This document shows, piece after piece, positions 1-11,458 of a DNA stretch of 64,000 nucleotides. Under the pieces are notes generated by a model, which saw nothing but the letters and a program-made list of their open reading frames with translations, was not told the DNA's origin and did not search any database. A program made the translations under genes and the position numbers. The DNA comes from Candidatus Egerieisoma sp. (GTDB lineage Bacteria > Bacillota > Clostridia > UBA1212 > UBA1255): assembly GCA_045125595.1 (NCBI GenBank), contig JBGVNN010000010.1, positions 43,879 through 107,878 on the forward strand, in the 5' to 3' direction. Position 1 is the stretch's first letter; every line of letters starts with the position of its first letter.

Positions 1-7
1 AACCTCC

Positions 8-376
8 TTATTTCTTCTTGCCTGCTATAGGTCTAGCGGGACCTTTTCTCGTTCTGGCATTAGTTTTTGTTCTTTGTCCTCTAACGGGAAGTCCCATCTT
101 ATGACGTCTGCCTCTATAGCAACCAATTTCCATAAGACGCTTAATGTTGAGGGAAACTTCTCTACGAACGTCACCTTCAACAACATATTCTTTATCTATG
201 ATATCTCTTAACTTACCAACCTCATCGTCAGTTAAGTCTCTAACTCTTGTGTCTGGATTGATACCGGTTTTAACAAGGATTTCACTTGCTGTTGTTCTAC
301 CTATACCGTAAATGTATGTCAATCCGATTTCAACACGTTTCTCTCTCGGCAAGTCAACACCTGCAATACGAGCCAT
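8..376 (-). CDS. rpsM: 30S ribosomal protein S13; true start at [10 protein letters not shown], the upstream ORF-track extension is not coding
   Basis: Translation [27 protein letters not shown]...[23 protein letters not shown] is canonical S13; sits downstream of infA-rpmJ. Confidence 0.9.
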   Translation of the reverse strand: MARIAGVDLPREKRVEIGLTYIYGIGRTTASEILVKTGINPDTRVRDLTDDEVGKLRDIIDKEYVVEGDVRREVSLNIKRLMEIGCYRGRRHKMGLPVRGQRTKTNARTRKGPARPIAGKKK

Positions 377-565
377 TCGAAAATACACCTCCGTAAAATT
401 CAAGCTTAATTAATGTTTTAAGCTTACATAACTATAATAATAAAAATCTATATACAACACTTCAAGGCTCATGTTAATCATGCAGCCGCACCTCGAAATG
501 ATTATAATCGTTGCTTCTACGCTCTATCTTTGCTGAAGATTTATACGAGAAGCCCAATAGATAAA

Positions 566-682
566 TTAACCTTGCTTTTGCTTATGTTTCGGATAAGCAT
601 CGCAAATAACCATTACTTTACCTTTTCTTTTAATAACTTTGCACTTATCGCAAATTGGTTTAACTGACGGTCTAACTTTCAT
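566..682 (-). CDS. rpmJ: 50S ribosomal protein L36 (38 aa, Zn-binding C+ form); absent from ORF track because it is under 60 aa
   Basis: Manual translation of minus strand: [38 protein letters not shown], canonical L36 with CxxC...C...H; located between infA and rpsM as expected. Confidence 0.85.
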   Translation of the reverse strand: MKVRPSVKPICDKCKVIKRKGKVMVICDAYPKHKQKQG

Positions 683-696
683 GGTACAATCCTCCT

Positions 697-912
697 TCAC
701 TTTCTCCACTTGATACGACCACGGTCTAAATCATATGGGGACAATTCCAGGGTAACACGGTCACCCTTAACAATTCTGATATAATTCGTTCTGAGCTTGC
801 CTGATATATGAGCAACTACCATATGTCCGTTTGGAAGCTCAACCTTGAAAACACAGTTGGGCAATACTTCGGCTATAACGCCTTCAACTTCAATTAAGTC
901 TTCTTTTGACAA
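697..912 (-). CDS. infA: translation initiation factor IF-1
   Basis: 71 aa, S1-like OB fold sequence ...[39 protein letters not shown]... Confidence 0.95.
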   Translation of the reverse strand: MSKEDLIEVEGVIAEVLPNCVFKVELPNGHMVVAHISGKLRTNYIRIVKGDRVTLELSPYDLDRGRIKWRK

Positions 913-925
913 AATGTCAACCTCC

Positions 926-1687
926 TTAAAGTGTTACGATTAATGGCTCGTCATCTGTCACAATTACAGTATTTTCATAATGTGCAGACAACTTACCGTC
1001 CTTCGTATAAACTGTCCATTTATTGCCTGCAAGGGATATTTCATCTGTGCCTTGATTAACCATAGGCTCAATTGCAATAGCCATACCTGCAGCAAGTCGG
1101 TGTCCTCGCCTGTTTGTCCTGTAATTCGGAACCTCAGGATTCTCGTGGAGTTCTCTTCCAATACCATGTCCTGTATATTCCTTTACAACCGAATAACCAA
1201 AAGATACAACATAATCTTCAATTGCTCCTGAAATATCAGAAACTCTATTATTCGGTTTAACAAACTTCAGCCCTTCAAAAAAGCTCTGCTTTGTAACTTC
1301 AATAAGCTTTGAAGCTTCATCGGAAACTTTACCCACAGGAAATGTCCTGGCGGCATCTCCATGAAAACCGTTATAATATGCGCCGACATCGACACTTATT
1401 ATATCGCCTTCTTTAAGAACCCTGCCGTCCGGTATACCGTGAATAACTTCTCCGTTGACTGAAGCACAAATAGCTCCGGGGAACTTAATACCGCCGTAAT
1501 AATTAGGCACACCTAAAAACGACGGAAAAGCGCCACTCCTTATTATATAGTTTGTGGCGATTCTGTCAAGCTCTTTTGTAGAAATTCCCGGAAAAATATT
1601 TTTTTCTATTTCTTCGAGAACTCCTGCTACAATCTTACCGGATGCTTTCATCTTTTCGATTTCCGATTTTGATTTAATATTTATCAT
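926..1687 (-). CDS. map: methionine aminopeptidase type I
   Basis: 253 aa, pita-bread fold motifs ([31 protein letters not shown]). Confidence 0.9.
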   Translation of the reverse strand: MINIKSKSEIEKMKASGKIVAGVLEEIEKNIFPGISTKELDRIATNYIIRSGAFPSFLGVPNYYGGIKFPGAICASVNGEVIHGIPDGRVLKEGDIISVDVGAYYNGFHGDAARTFPVGKVSDEASKLIEVTKQSFFEGLKFVKPNNRVSDISGAIEDYVVSFGYSVVKEYTGHGIGRELHENPEVPNYRTNRRGHRLAAGMAIAIEPMVNQGTDEISLAGNKWTVYTKDGKLSAHYENTVIVTDDEPLIVTL

Positions 1688-1691
1688 ATTT

Positions 1692-2342
1692 TTAGATTCC
1701 TTTTAAACCTAACGCATACAGTGTATTCTGTAAAGATTCGTCAATTGAATTTTCACTGAGTACATTCATAAGTTTGCCTTTTTCTCTGTAAAATTCTACA
1801 AGAGGCTCAGTTTTTTTATGATAAGCAGCAATTCTGTTTCTGATTACATCAGGCTTGTCGTCATCTCGTTGCACCAATTGTGCACCGCATTTCTTACATT
1901 TATTATCTTCTACCGGATTAAACTCCAAGTGATAAGTTTCACCGCATGCCGGACAAACAATTCTGTTTGACAAACGCTTAACAACCGCCTCGTCATCAAT
2001 TACAATATTAACAACTTTGTCAATTTTCTTATTCTCCGCTGCCAAAATCATTTCAAGCATTTCTGCCTGTACTAATGTTCTGGGAAAGCCATCAAGAATA
2101 AAACCATTTAAACAATCAGCTTGTTGAATGCGATCCTTAACGATTTGCACCGTTACTTCATCGGGAACTAATTCACCTTTTGAAATATATGAATCAGCTA
2201 ATATACCTAACTCTGTATTTCTGCGGATATTATCTCTGAAGATTTCACCGGTGGAGATATGAGGAATTTTTAATATTTCTGATAAACCGGCAGCCTGCGT
2301 ACCTTTACCGGCACCCGGCGCGCCCAATAATATTAAGTTCAT
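1692..2342 (-). CDS. adk: adenylate kinase with Cys4 zinc lid
   Basis: P-loop GAPGAGKGTQA, lid CPACGETY...CKKCG; position between secY and map is conserved. Confidence 0.95.
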   Translation of the reverse strand: MNLILLGAPGAGKGTQAAGLSEILKIPHISTGEIFRDNIRRNTELGILADSYISKGELVPDEVTVQIVKDRIQQADCLNGFILDGFPRTLVQAEMLEMILAAENKKIDKVVNIVIDDEAVVKRLSNRIVCPACGETYHLEFNPVEDNKCKKCGAQLVQRDDDKPDVIRNRIAAYHKKTEPLVEFYREKGKLMNVLSENSIDESLQNTLYALGLKGI

Positions 2343-2365
2343 CTCATTACCTCCACCAAGTGTTA

Positions 2366-3700
2366 TTAATCCAAGAAACCTTTGTAGTTTCTCATAAGGA
2401 GCTGTGACTCCAACTGACGAACAGTTTCAAGAGCAACACCTACGAGAATGAGCACTGTTGTGCCTCCAAACCAAAGATTGATACTTGCTATATCAGCACT
2501 GAAGTAAGAAATAATCTTTTGAAGGAAAGACGGGAATACTGCAAGTATTGCCAAGAAAATTGCACCGAACCAAGTAATTCTTGTAGATGCTTTCTTAATA
2601 TATTCAGCAGTAGGAGCACCCGGTCTGAGTCCGGGAACAAAGCCACCGTTTTTCTTCAAGTTGTTAGATATATCTACCGGATCAAAGTAAACAATATTAT
2701 AGAAGAATGTAAATCCTACAATAAGAAGTGCATATACTATAATATATCCCCAACCTTGTCCTTGTGAGAAGCTGTTAATAAAACCGGTGAAACCTGTTGT
2801 GCTTCCTGACTTACCAATGAATGCTACGATTGTTGCAGGGAACTGTAACATTGACATAGCAAAGATAATAGGAAGTACTCCCGAAGAGTTTACTTTAATC
2901 GGAATATGTGTACTTTGGCCACCGTAAATCTTTCTGCCAACAACTCTCTTTGCATATTGAACAGGTATACGACGCTCGCCGCCCTCAACCCAAACAACTG
3001 CAAAAATTACTGCAAGGAATACAGCAAGAATTGCTATAACATAAATTATTCTTACAGGCAATACTGCTGTCATACCGTTACCGGCAATTATTTCGTACAA
3101 CATCAAAGCTGCACTGGGAGCACCGGCTACAATACCTGCAAAGATAATCATTGATATACCGTTACCAATTCCTGTCTCAGTAATCTTTTCACCTAACCAC
3201 ATAAGTACTGATGTACCTGCTGTAAATGAAAGAACTACAATGAAGAATGTGAAAACATCAAAGCTACCTTGTGCAGCGAAAATGTTGTTAGTGCTTCCTT
3301 GAATGTTAAAATACATCATTATTGATTGGAACAATGCCAATGCAAGTGTTGTAAGCTTTGTAACTTTGCTGAGTTTTTTTCTTCCCTCAGGACCTTCTTT
3401 TTGCCATCTCTCAAATACAGGGATAGCAACAGTAAGAAGCTGAACGATAATTGAAGCGTTGATATAAGGGCTGATTGTCATTGCAAACAGAGAAACCTGT
3501 TGGAAAGCACCGCCTGAAAGCATATCATACAACTTAAACATACCGTTGTTAGCCAACTGACTGAACGCATTCTCAGAAAGTCCGGGAACAGGAATAAAAC
3601 ATCCTATTCTGAAGATGATTATAAGCAAAAGTGTCATGAACATTTTCTTTCTTAATTCTTTTACACGAAAAGCATTAAGGATAATGTCTTTAAACTTCAT
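2366..3700 (-). CDS. secY: preprotein translocase subunit SecY
   Basis: 444 aa polytopic membrane protein, SecY signature; follows rplO in spc operon. Confidence 0.95.
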   Translation of the reverse strand: MKFKDIILNAFRVKELRKKMFMTLLLIIIFRIGCFIPVPGLSENAFSQLANNGMFKLYDMLSGGAFQQVSLFAMTISPYINASIIVQLLTVAIPVFERWQKEGPEGRKKLSKVTKLTTLALALFQSIMMYFNIQGSTNNIFAAQGSFDVFTFFIVVLSFTAGTSVLMWLGEKITETGIGNGISMIIFAGIVAGAPSAALMLYEIIAGNGMTAVLPVRIIYVIAILAVFLAVIFAVVWVEGGERRIPVQYAKRVVGRKIYGGQSTHIPIKVNSSGVLPIIFAMSMLQFPATIVAFIGKSGSTTGFTGFINSFSQGQGWGYIIVYALLIVGFTFFYNIVYFDPVDISNNLKKNGGFVPGLRPGAPTAEYIKKASTRITWFGAIFLAILAVFPSFLQKIISYFSADIASINLWFGGTTVLILVGVALETVRQLESQLLMRNYKGFLD

Positions 3701-3701
3701 C

Positions 3702-4145
3702 TTAGATCACCTCAGCCTTTCCTCCTGCTTTTTCTATTTTTTCAGATGCACTCTTTGTAAAGCAAGTAGCTTTTACTGTAAGGTTCTTTGTCAATTCGCC
3801 ATTACCGAGAATTTTAACTCCGTCATAGAGCTTATTGATAAGACCTGCTTCTGCTAAAGCAGCAGCATCAACTACGGCACCATCTTCAAAAACGTCAAGA
3901 GCAGAAACATTAACTTCAGCATAAACATTTGCAAAGTTTTTGTTGTTAAAACCTCTCTTTGGCATTCTTCTGTATAAAGGTGTCTGTCCACCTTCAAAGC
4001 CCGGTCTTACTCCGCCGCCTGAACGAGCTTTCTGACCTTTGTGTCCTCTACCGGCCGTTTTACCGTTACCGGATCCGTGACCTCTGCCTTTTCTGTATGC
4101 TTCGCGACTTGAACCAGCCGCAGGACGTAATTCGAAAAGCTTCAT
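3702..4145 (-). CDS. rplO: 50S ribosomal protein L15; start at [14 protein letters not shown]-track N-terminal extension not coding
   Basis: [43 protein letters not shown]...; upstream extension would overlap rpmD. Confidence 0.9.
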   Translation of the reverse strand: MKLFELRPAAGSSREAYRKGRGHGSGNGKTAGRGHKGQKARSGGGVRPGFEGGQTPLYRRMPKRGFNNKNFANVYAEVNVSALDVFEDGAVVDAAALAEAGLINKLYDGVKILGNGELTKNLTVKATCFTKSASEKIEKAGGKAEVI

Positions 4146-4158
4146 GGTAACACCTCCG

Positions 4159-4338
4159 TTATATTTCTTCAACATTAACGAGATGAGCAACAACCTTAAT
4201 CATACCTCTGACTGCAGGTGTGTCATCACGCTCTACAGAGCTGCCGATCTTTTTAAGACCTAAAGCAGCAACTGTAGCTTTTTGATTTTTAATTACACTG
4301 TTCGTACTTTTTGTAAGAGTAATTTTCAATTTAGCCAT
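4159..4338 (-). CDS. rpmD: 50S ribosomal protein L30 (59 aa), not in ORF track
   Basis: Manual translation [59 protein letters not shown]; fills the gap between rpsE and rplO. Confidence 0.85.
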   Translation of the reverse strand: MAKLKITLTKSTNSVIKNQKATVAALGLKKIGSSVERDDTPAVRGMIKVVAHLVNVEEI

Positions 4339-4352
4339 TGTTAATTTCCTCC

Positions 4353-4856
4353 TTATTCAAGTATCTCGTCAACAGGTTTGCCACGTAATTTAGCAACTTT
4401 CTCTGCTGTAGTAAGAGAGCTGAGTGCATCGATTGTAGCACGTACCATGTTGATAGGATTGTTTGAACGAAGTGACTTTGTTCTGATATCACGAATTCCT
4501 GAAAGCTCGATAACGGCTCTTACAGGACCACCTGCGATAACACCGGTACCTTCTGCAGCCGGCTTAAGAAGAACTTCGCCTGCACCGAATTTACCAACGA
4601 TTTCGTGGGGAATTGTTGTGCCAACCATAGGAACAGTGATGATATTTTTCTTCGCATCCTCAACGCCTTTTCTGATAGCTTCTGTTACTTCGGCAGCTTT
4701 ACCGAGTCCAACGCCAACCTGTCCGTTTTCATTACCTACAACTACCAAAGCGCTCCATCTAAAGTTACGTCCGCCTTTTACAACCTTTGTAACTTTGCCG
4801 AGGTTTACGACTTTCTCTTTAAACTCTGATGTATTGGAATTATTATGTTCCATCAT
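4353..4856 (-). CDS. rpsE: 30S ribosomal protein S5
   Basis: 167 aa, ...[33 protein letters not shown]... Confidence 0.95.
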   Translation of the reverse strand: MMEHNNSNTSEFKEKVVNLGKVTKVVKGGRNFRWSALVVVGNENGQVGVGLGKAAEVTEAIRKGVEDAKKNIITVPMVGTTIPHEIVGKFGAGEVLLKPAAEGTGVIAGGPVRAVIELSGIRDIRTKSLRSNNPINMVRATIDALSSLTTAEKVAKLRGKPVDEILE

Positions 4857-4873
4857 TATATCCTCCTTACGCC

Positions 4874-5242
4874 TTAGAAATTGAGGCCTGCTTCACGAGC
4901 AGCTTCAGCAAGTTCTTTTACTCTACCGTGATATCCGTAACCACCGCGGTCAAATACCACTGTTGTGATTCCTGCAGCAAGAGCTTTCTCAGCTACGAGC
5001 TTACCAACCTCTTTAGCAGCCTCGATGTTTCCGCCAAATGCAATTTTCTCTTTAATTGCACTGTCGAGCGAAGACGCAGACACCAAAGTATTTCCTGTTG
5101 TATCATCTATAACTTGAGCATAGATGTTGGAAAGACTTCTGAATACATTCAATCTTGGACGTTCAGGTGTTCCGCTGATATGCTTTCTGACACGGATGTG
5201 TCTTCTCTGTCGAATTTGATTTTTACTTAATTTCTTTGCCAT
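4874..5242 (-). CDS. rplR: 50S ribosomal protein L18
   Basis: 122 aa, ...[18 protein letters not shown]...[20 protein letters not shown]. Confidence 0.95.
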   Translation of the reverse strand: MAKKLSKNQIRQRRHIRVRKHISGTPERPRLNVFRSLSNIYAQVIDDTTGNTLVSASSLDSAIKEKIAFGGNIEAAKEVGKLVAEKALAAGITTVVFDRGGYGYHGRVKELAEAAREAGLNF

Positions 5243-5260
5243 ATTGCGTCACTCCCTTTC

Positions 5261-5806
5261 TTACTTCTTAGCACCGGTCTTGCCTTCTTTACGTCTGACA
5301 ACTTCGTCAACGTACTTAATACCTTTGCCCTTATATGGCTCCGGCGGCTTCTTGCTTCTAACTTTAGCAGCAAATTCTCCAACCATTTGCTTGTTGATAC
5401 CTTTGATGATGATTTTTGTCTGAGCAGGAACTTCAACTGTAATTCCCTCAGGAGGAACCATATCAATTTGATGTGAAAAACCAACGTTCAATACGAGAGT
5501 TTTGCCTTGAAGAGCTGCTCTGTAACCAACACCGTTGATTTCAAGCTCTTTAACGTAGCCTTTTGTTACACCGTCAACCATGTTTTGAATGAGAGATCTT
5601 GTAAGACCGTGAAGAGAACGATACTCTTTCTCATCTGACTCACGTGAAACAACTACTTGACCTGCCTCGACACTGATGCCGATTTTTGAATTAAATTTTT
5701 CAACAAGGGTACCTTTTTCACCCTTTACCTGTAATGTGTTATCATCAAGAAGTTCAACTGTAACTCCTGCAGGGATAACAACAGGTTTTTTACCAATTCT
5801 GGACAT
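5261..5806 (-). CDS. rplF: 50S ribosomal protein L6
   Basis: 181 aa, [17 protein letters not shown]... Confidence 0.95.
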   Translation of the reverse strand: MSRIGKKPVVIPAGVTVELLDDNTLQVKGEKGTLVEKFNSKIGISVEAGQVVVSRESDEKEYRSLHGLTRSLIQNMVDGVTKGYVKELEINGVGYRAALQGKTLVLNVGFSHQIDMVPPEGITVEVPAQTKIIIKGINKQMVGEFAAKVRSKKPPEPYKGKGIKYVDEVVRRKEGKTGAKK

Positions 5807-5875
5807 TACTTTTTTCCTCCAATCTTAAGATTCTGTACGGCTTTTTACAAGCCGTACTTTTCAGATTTATTTTTA

Positions 5876-6274
5876 TTACCAAATGTAAGCCATTACTTCT
5901 CCGCCAACGCCGAGTTTTCTAGCCTTCTTATCAGTCATGATGCCTTTTGAAGTAGAAATAACTGCAACGCCGAGTCCGCCGAGAACCTTCGGAAGCTCAT
6001 CTTTAGATGCATAAATACGAAGACCGGGCTTAGAAATTCTCTTGATTCCTGAAATAACAGGTTTCTTATTCTCTGTATATTTCAAGAAGAGTCTGATAAC
6101 GCCCTGTTTGCCGTCATCTATTGTTTGTACTTCCTTAACATAACCTTCTTCTACAAGAATTTGAGCAATCGCATTCTTAACATTTGAAGCCGGAACATCA
6201 ACTGTTTCGTGTTTTGCTGTGCCCGCATTTCTTATACGTGTTAACATATCTGCTATAACGTCAGTAATTTGCAT
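5876..6274 (-). CDS. rpsH: 30S ribosomal protein S8
   Basis: 132 aa, [17 protein letters not shown]... Confidence 0.95.
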   Translation of the reverse strand: MQITDVIADMLTRIRNAGTAKHETVDVPASNVKNAIAQILVEEGYVKEVQTIDDGKQGVIRLFLKYTENKKPVISGIKRISKPGLRIYASKDELPKVLGGLGVAVISTSKGIMTDKKARKLGVGGEVMAYIW

Positions 6275-6300
6275 TGTGCCAACCTCCTTTAATTATTCCA

Positions 6301-6486
6301 TTACCAGCTGGCTTTCTTTACACCGGGAATTTGTCCCTTGTAAGCCAATTCTCTGAAGCAAATACGGCATATACCGTACTTTCTGATATATGCATGAGGA
6401 CGTCCACAGATTTTACATCTGTTATATGCTCTCGTAGAAAACTTAGGTGTCCTTTGTTGCTTAACCTTCATTGAAACCTTTGCCAT
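6301..6486 (-). CDS. rpsN: 30S ribosomal protein S14 type Z (61 aa, Zn-ribbon CxxC...CxxC)
   Basis: [61 protein letters not shown]. Confidence 0.9.
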   Translation of the reverse strand: MAKVSMKVKQQRTPKFSTRAYNRCKICGRPHAYIRKYGICRICFRELAYKGQIPGVKKASW

Positions 6487-6500
6487 GGTCTACCTCCTTA

Positions 6501-7040
6501 TTACGAGTTGAAGGGCATACCCATCAATTTGAGCAGCGCTTTTGCTTCTTCGTCTGTTTTTGCAGTAGTTACGAATATAACATCCATACCTCTTACCTTA
6601 TCGATTTTATCATATTCGATCTCAGGGAAAATAATCTGCTCTTTGATACCCATTGCATAGTTACCTCTGCCGTCAAAAGAGTTTCCGGGAATACCGTGGA
6701 AGTCTCTGATACGGGGCAATGTGAGGTTGATGAGTTTATCAGCAAAAGCGTACATATTTGTACCTCTGAGTGTAACTTTACATCCAATGTTCATACCTTC
6801 ACGAAGTTTAAATGCAGCAACAGATTTTTTTGCTTTTGTTACAACGGGCTTTTGACCTGTGATTAAAGTAAGATCGTTTACAGCATTTTCGATTGCTTTA
6901 GGATTCTCTTTAACTTCGCCCAATCCCATGTTGATAACAATTTTCTCAAGCTTCGGGATTTCCATAACGCTCTTGTACTTGAACTGTTCCATAAGAGCGG
7001 GTGCTATTTCCTTGTCATACTTTTCTTTTAATCTTAACAT
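6501..7040 (-). CDS. rplE: 50S ribosomal protein L5
   Basis: 179 aa, [42 protein letters not shown]... Confidence 0.95.
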   Translation of the reverse strand: MLRLKEKYDKEIAPALMEQFKYKSVMEIPKLEKIVINMGLGEVKENPKAIENAVNDLTLITGQKPVVTKAKKSVAAFKLREGMNIGCKVTLRGTNMYAFADKLINLTLPRIRDFHGIPGNSFDGRGNYAMGIKEQIIFPEIEYDKIDKVRGMDVIFVTTAKTDEEAKALLKLMGMPFNS

Positions 7041-7059
7041 TATTATAGCCTCCCTCTAA

Positions 7060-7434
7060 TTATTTTGTGAAATCCACTGTTGAGATAACAGCACCGCAAT
7101 TTTCACGTTTACAAACACGTACTTTAATTGATTTGCCGTTTTCTTCAATTGTCTTGTGGCCTGTTCTTGTAGGCTGTCCGCATTTGGGGCAAACTACCAT
7201 AACATTTGAAACATGGATAGGAGCTTCTGTCTTAACAATACCGCCCTGCTCTGTACGACCCTTGGGTTTCTTGTGCTTGCTGACCATGTTATAACCCTCT
7301 ACGATTACTTGCTCCTTCTCAGGAATAACCGCGAGTACTTTTCCGGTAACAGTCTTAGGTTTACCGTTTTTGTCTTTTTGGCGGCGAGTATTGAGAACAA
7401 CTACTTTGTCGCCTTTTTTAATATTCATACTCAT
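7060..7434 (-). CDS. rplX: 50S ribosomal protein L24, 124 aa, carrying a Cys4 zinc-ribbon-like motif in its C-terminal half
   Basis: KOW region KKGDKVVVLNTRR...; C-terminal CPKCGQPTR...VCKRENCG where the B. subtilis protein has no cysteines. Confidence 0.9.
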   Translation of the reverse strand: MSMNIKKGDKVVVLNTRRQKDKNGKPKTVTGKVLAVIPEKEQVIVEGYNMVSKHKKPKGRTEQGGIVKTEAPIHVSNVMVVCPKCGQPTRTGHKTIEENGKSIKVRVCKRENCGAVISTVDFTK

Positions 7435-7449
7435 AATATTATCCTCCGA

Positions 7450-7818
7450 TCAAAGTACTTCGGGAGCAAGTGATACGATCTTCATAAAGTCGTTATCTCT
7501 AAGCTCTCTTGCTACAGGTCCAAAAATACGTGTACCTCTTGGATTGAGGTCATCTTTAATAAGAACAGCTGCATTTTCGTCGAATCTGATATATGTGCCG
7601 TCTTCGCGACGTACGCCTCTTTTTGTACGTACGATAACGCATTTAACAACGTCACCTTTCTTTACTATACCGCCCGGAGCAGCAGCCTTAACGGAGCAGA
7701 TGATAATATCACCGATATTAGCATAACGACGCTTACTGCCGCCGATAACCTTAATACACATCAATTCTTTAGCACCGGTATTGTCTGCTACTTTGAGTCT
7801 AGTTTGTACTTGTACCAT
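7450..7818 (-). CDS. rplN: 50S ribosomal protein L14
   Basis: 122 aa, [24 protein letters not shown]... Confidence 0.95.
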   Translation of the reverse strand: MVQVQTRLKVADNTGAKELMCIKVIGGSKRRYANIGDIIICSVKAAAPGGIVKKGDVVKCVIVRTKRGVRREDGTYIRFDENAAVLIKDDLNPRGTRIFGPVARELRDNDFMKIVSLAPEVL

Positions 7819-7838
7819 AACTTTTACCTCCTATGTGC

Positions 7839-8096
7839 TTAACGAGCCTTCTCGATGATTGAAGCAAGTCTCCAGCGTTTATCTTTACTTAAAGGTCTTG
7901 TTTCCATAACCTCTACAATATCGCCTACTTTAGCTTCGTTTGCTTCGTCGTGAGCCTTTAATTTATATGTGGTTTTAACAACTTTCTTATAAAGAGGATG
8001 CTTTACGCTGTCAACAACTGCAACAACGATTGTCTTATCCATCTTATCGCTGATAACCTTACCAACTCTGGTTTTTCTTAAGTTTCTCTCTACCAA
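7839..8096 (-). CDS. rpsQ: 30S ribosomal protein S17
   Basis: 85 aa, ...[21 protein letters not shown]... Confidence 0.9.
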   Translation of the reverse strand: MVERNLRKTRVGKVISDKMDKTIVVAVVDSVKHPLYKKVVKTTYKLKAHDEANEAKVGDIVEVMETRPLSKDKRWRLASIIEKAR

Positions 8097-8122
8097 ATTA
8101 AACTACCTCCTTCCGAAGCCTA

Positions 8123-8338
8123 TCACTGCTGGCCTTCAGCAATCTCTTTAGCTCTGATTGCTGTCTTAACTCTTGCAATATCACGCTTTAAGAATCTCAA
8201 CTTCATAGGGTTTTCGATTGGGCTTGTTGCGTTCTTAAAACGAAGTCTGAAGAGCTCCTCTTTCAAGTTAGCTTCTTCTTTTTTCAATTCTTCAAGTGAC
8301 ATTTTATTTAAGTTTTCCTTAAATTCTTTAGCCTTCAT
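8123..8338 (-). CDS. rpmC: 50S ribosomal protein L29
   Basis: 71 aa, [35 protein letters not shown]...; overlaps rplP stop. Confidence 0.9.
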   Translation of the reverse strand: MKAKEFKENLNKMSLEELKKEEANLKEELFRLRFKNATSPIENPMKLRFLKRDIARVKTAIRAKEIAEGQQ

Positions 8339-8768
8339 TTACATCACCCTCCGTTTCAACTATCTCGCGTGCAATTACTTTACACTTAACGGGCAATTTA
8401 TGCATTGCGAGACGAAGCGCCTCTCTGCATGCCTCTTCACTAACACCTGCTACTTCGAAAAGTACTCTGCCGGGTTTAACAACTGCTACCCAGAACTCAG
8501 GTGAACCTTTACCGGAACCCATTCGAACCTCAGCAGGTTTCTTTGTTACCGGCTTATCAGGGAAGATTTTAATCCAAACCTTACCGCCTCTTTTAATAGA
8601 ACGTGTAAGTGCGATACGGGCAGCCTCGATTTGGTTACTTGTAATCCAGCCGCATTCTGTAGCCTGGAGACCAAACTCACCATGTGAAATAGTATTGCCT
8701 CTTGTAGCAGTACCTTTCATTCTGCCTCTTTGCACTTTTCTGTGCTTAACTCTTTTAGGCATTAACAT
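8328..8768 (-). CDS. rplP: 50S ribosomal protein L16
   Basis: 146 aa, [19 protein letters not shown]... Confidence 0.95.
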   Translation of the reverse strand: MLMPKRVKHRKVQRGRMKGTATRGNTISHGEFGLQATECGWITSNQIEAARIALTRSIKRGGKVWIKIFPDKPVTKKPAEVRMGSGKGSPEFWVAVVKPGRVLFEVAGVSEEACREALRLAMHKLPVKCKVIAREIVETEGDVNEG

Positions 8769-8770
8769 AA

Positions 8771-9448
8771 TTATTTCTCGCTCCCTTCTGAATTCGCCTT
8801 ATCAGCTTTGATAGCAGGAAGTACTTCTCCTTTATAAATCCAAACTTTAACACCGATTTTACCGTATGTTGTATTTGCCTCTGCAAAACCATAATCAATA
8901 TCGGCTCTGATTGTCTGGAGCGGAATTGTTCCCTCATGATAGTGCTCTGTACGTGCGATTTCTGCACCGCCGAGTCTGCCGCTACATGCAGTTTTGATAC
9001 CCAAAGCGCCTGAACGCATTGTACGCTGCATAACTTGCTTCATTGCTCTACGGAAAGTTACACGCTTTTCGAGCTGGCTTGCAATGTTCTCTGCACAAAG
9101 TTGTGCATCCATATCTTGATTTTTGATTTCGAGAACGTTGATAGAAACAATTTTGCCTGTCATCTTCTCGAGTTCAGCCTTAAGCTCATCTTTGATTACT
9201 CCGCCTTTGCCGATTACAAAACCGGGTTTAGCTGTTTCAATGTTGAGAAGAAGCTTGTTAGCTGTTCTTTCGATTTTAATTTTTGAAATTCCTGCGCTGT
9301 AAAGTTTATTCTTTACATAAGTTCTTACTTTGTTATCTTCGATAAGAAAATCAGCAAAGTTTTTCTTATTTGCGTACCACTTGGAATCCCAATCTTTAAT
9401 AACTCCGACTCTAAGTCCGTGAGGATTAACTTTTTGTCCCATGTTCAA
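8771..9448 (-). CDS. rpsC: 30S ribosomal protein S3
   Basis: 225 aa, [24 protein letters not shown]... KH domain. Confidence 0.95.
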   Translation of the reverse strand: MNMGQKVNPHGLRVGVIKDWDSKWYANKKNFADFLIEDNKVRTYVKNKLYSAGISKIKIERTANKLLLNIETAKPGFVIGKGGVIKDELKAELEKMTGKIVSINVLEIKNQDMDAQLCAENIASQLEKRVTFRRAMKQVMQRTMRSGALGIKTACSGRLGGAEIARTEHYHEGTIPLQTIRADIDYGFAEANTTYGKIGVKVWIYKGEVLPAIKADKANSEGSEK

Positions 9449-9457
9449 CCTCCTCCA

Positions 9458-9934
9458 TTAATCTCTTTCTTTCAATACTACCGTAATGTGGCTTGTTTTC
9501 TTGTTAATGCGAGTGCCGCGGCCTCTAGCAACTGCGCGCATTCTCTTGAGGGTAGGACCCTGATTTGCATAACAATCAGCTACATAAAGCTTTTCGCTGT
9601 TAAGCTCAAAGTTGTTTACTGCATTTGCTTCTGCTGAATGGAGCAACTTATAAATAAGCTCAGAAGCAGCCTTAGGTGTAAACTTAACGATAGCATATGC
9701 TTCAGCGAGATCTTTACCTTTGATAAGATCAAGAACGATCTTAACTTTTCTGGGGGAAATTCTTGCATGATTTAATGTTGCTTTTCCCTGATCTCTTCCG
9801 ATACCCAGCACTTTACGTTCACGCTTTGAAAGAATGAACGGTTTGTTACTCTGACGTGACTGGGAGTTGTATTTTTCGATGAGCTCTTCTCTTCTTGAGA
9901 GAAGCTCTGATTCACTCATAATTTTTCTTTCCAA
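9458..9934 (-). CDS. rplV: 50S ribosomal protein L22 (with N-terminal extension)
   Basis: ...ATLNHARISPRKVKIVLDLIKGKDLAEAYAIVKFTPKAASELIYKLLHSAEANAVNN... Confidence 0.9.
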   Translation of the reverse strand: MERKIMSESELLSRREELIEKYNSQSRQSNKPFILSKRERKVLGIGRDQGKATLNHARISPRKVKIVLDLIKGKDLAEAYAIVKFTPKAASELIYKLLHSAEANAVNNFELNSEKLYVADCYANQGPTLKRMRAVARGRGTRINKKTSHITVVLKERD

Positions 9935-9953
9935 GAGAAATACCTCCTTTTCA

Positions 9954-10238
9954 TCAGCGCTTAACAGAGCTGGATTTTTCGCTCTTTACATGACCTTTGT
10001 AAGTTCTTGTAGGAGCAAATTCGCCGAGTTTGTGACCAACCATTTCCTCAGTAACATATACCGGAACATGCTTTCTACCGTCATGAACAGCGATTGTATG
10101 ACCAACCATCTGAGGGAAAATTGTTGAAGCTCTTGACCATGTTTTAATAACGACTTTCTCATTTTTAGCATTCATTGCTTCGATTCTCTTCAAAAGTCTT
10201 TCTTGGACGAAAGGTCCTTTTTTTACTGATCTACTCAT
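9954..10238 (-). CDS. rpsS: 30S ribosomal protein S19
   Basis: 94 aa, [23 protein letters not shown]... Confidence 0.95.
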   Translation of the reverse strand: MSRSVKKGPFVQERLLKRIEAMNAKNEKVVIKTWSRASTIFPQMVGHTIAVHDGRKHVPVYVTEEMVGHKLGEFAPTRTYKGHVKSEKSSSVKR

Positions 10239-10255
10239 TTTGAACCTCCTTAAGA

Positions 10256-11089
10256 TTACTTACCGTTACGTCTTCTGACAATCATCTTATCAGAAGCTTT
10301 ATTTTTCTTTCTTGTCTTGTATCCGAGAGTAGGTTTACCCCAAGGAGTCACAGGTGAAGGCATACCAACTGGAGATTTTCCTTCGCCACCGCCGTGAGGG
10401 TGATCGCATGGGTTCATTACAACACCGCGAACTGTAGGACGGATACCCATCCATCTCTTACGACCTGCTTTACCAAGTGATATATTCTCGTGATCAAGAT
10501 TTCCTACTTGACCGATTGTAGCTTTACAAGCGATCGGAACCATACGAACCTCGCCTGAGCCGAGACGAACTTGTGCGAATTCGCCTTCTTTAGCCATAAG
10601 CTGTGCAGAAGCACCTGCTGATCTTGCAAGTTGTGCGCCTTTGCCGGGTTTCATCTCAATGTTGTGAATTACTGTACCTACAGGAATGTCAGCAAGTTTG
10701 AGTGCGTTACCGGGAAGGATATCAGCCTCAGAACCGGACATGATTTTGTGTCCTACTTTGATGCCATCGGGATGAAGAATGTATCTCTTCTCACCATCTG
10801 CATAAACCAAGAGAGCGATGTTTGCTGATCTGTTAGGATCGTACTCGATTGAAACAACCTTTGCGGGGATACCGTCTTTCTCTCTCTTGAAGTCGATCAT
10901 TCTGAATTGTCTTTTAACTCCGCCTCCGCGATGACGAACAGTGATTCTACCATATGAGTTTCTTCCTGAATTTTTCTTTACAGGAGCCATCAATGATTTG
11001 ATTTCGCTCTTACCTGTAATTTCCTCGAAAGCTGACACTGTCATCGTTCTTCTTGAAGGGGTTGTCGGATTATACTTTTTTATAGCCAT
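10256..11089 (-). CDS. rplB: 50S ribosomal protein L2
   Basis: 277 aa, [18 protein letters not shown]... [10 protein letters not shown]. Confidence 0.95.
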   Translation of the reverse strand: MAIKKYNPTTPSRRTMTVSAFEEITGKSEIKSLMAPVKKNSGRNSYGRITVRHRGGGVKRQFRMIDFKREKDGIPAKVVSIEYDPNRSANIALLVYADGEKRYILHPDGIKVGHKIMSGSEADILPGNALKLADIPVGTVIHNIEMKPGKGAQLARSAGASAQLMAKEGEFAQVRLGSGEVRMVPIACKATIGQVGNLDHENISLGKAGRKRWMGIRPTVRGVVMNPCDHPHGGGEGKSPVGMPSPVTPWGKPTLGYKTRKKNKASDKMIVRRRNGK

Positions 11090-11104
11090 TTTCCTGTCCT
11101 CCTA

Positions 11105-11458
11105 TTACTGAGCGAAGCCGAAGTCTTCGATTGAATTCTTGTACTTCTTTGTCTTCTTCTCGCCGTTTACCGTATATTCAACGGGCTTAGGATCGAGGTC
11201 AATCTTAACAATTGCCTTTTTCCATTTTGCTGTATAGCCAACTGCCATACCTGATGCCTGTCTACGGCTTCTCTTTTTGCCGTCGTAACGCATTGTGTTA
11301 ACTGACAAAACTTTAACGTCGAAAATCTTCTCAATTGCTTTTTTAACATCAACTTTAGTAGCGTTTATATCTACAACGAAAGTATATTTACCTTCTGCAA
11401 CTGCTGATGTACTTTTTTCTGTTATATGGGGACGAACTATAATATCAAATTCGTTCAT
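11105..11458 (-). CDS. rplW: 50S ribosomal protein L23 (117 aa, C-terminal extension of about 25 aa)
   Basis: MNEFDIIVRPHITEKSTS...; overlaps rplD stop. Confidence 0.9.
   Translation of the reverse strand: MNEFDIIVRPHITEKSTSAVAEGKYTFVVDINATKVDVKKAIEKIFDVKVLSVNTMRYDGKKRSRRQASGMAVGYTAKWKKAIVKIDLDPKPVEYTVNGEKKTKKYKNSIEDFGFAQ

Noticed and set aside
4378-4884. 168-aa plus-strand ORF antisense to rpsE
   Set aside because: It lies entirely inside a highly conserved ribosomal protein gene on the opposite strand, and its product is low-complexity.
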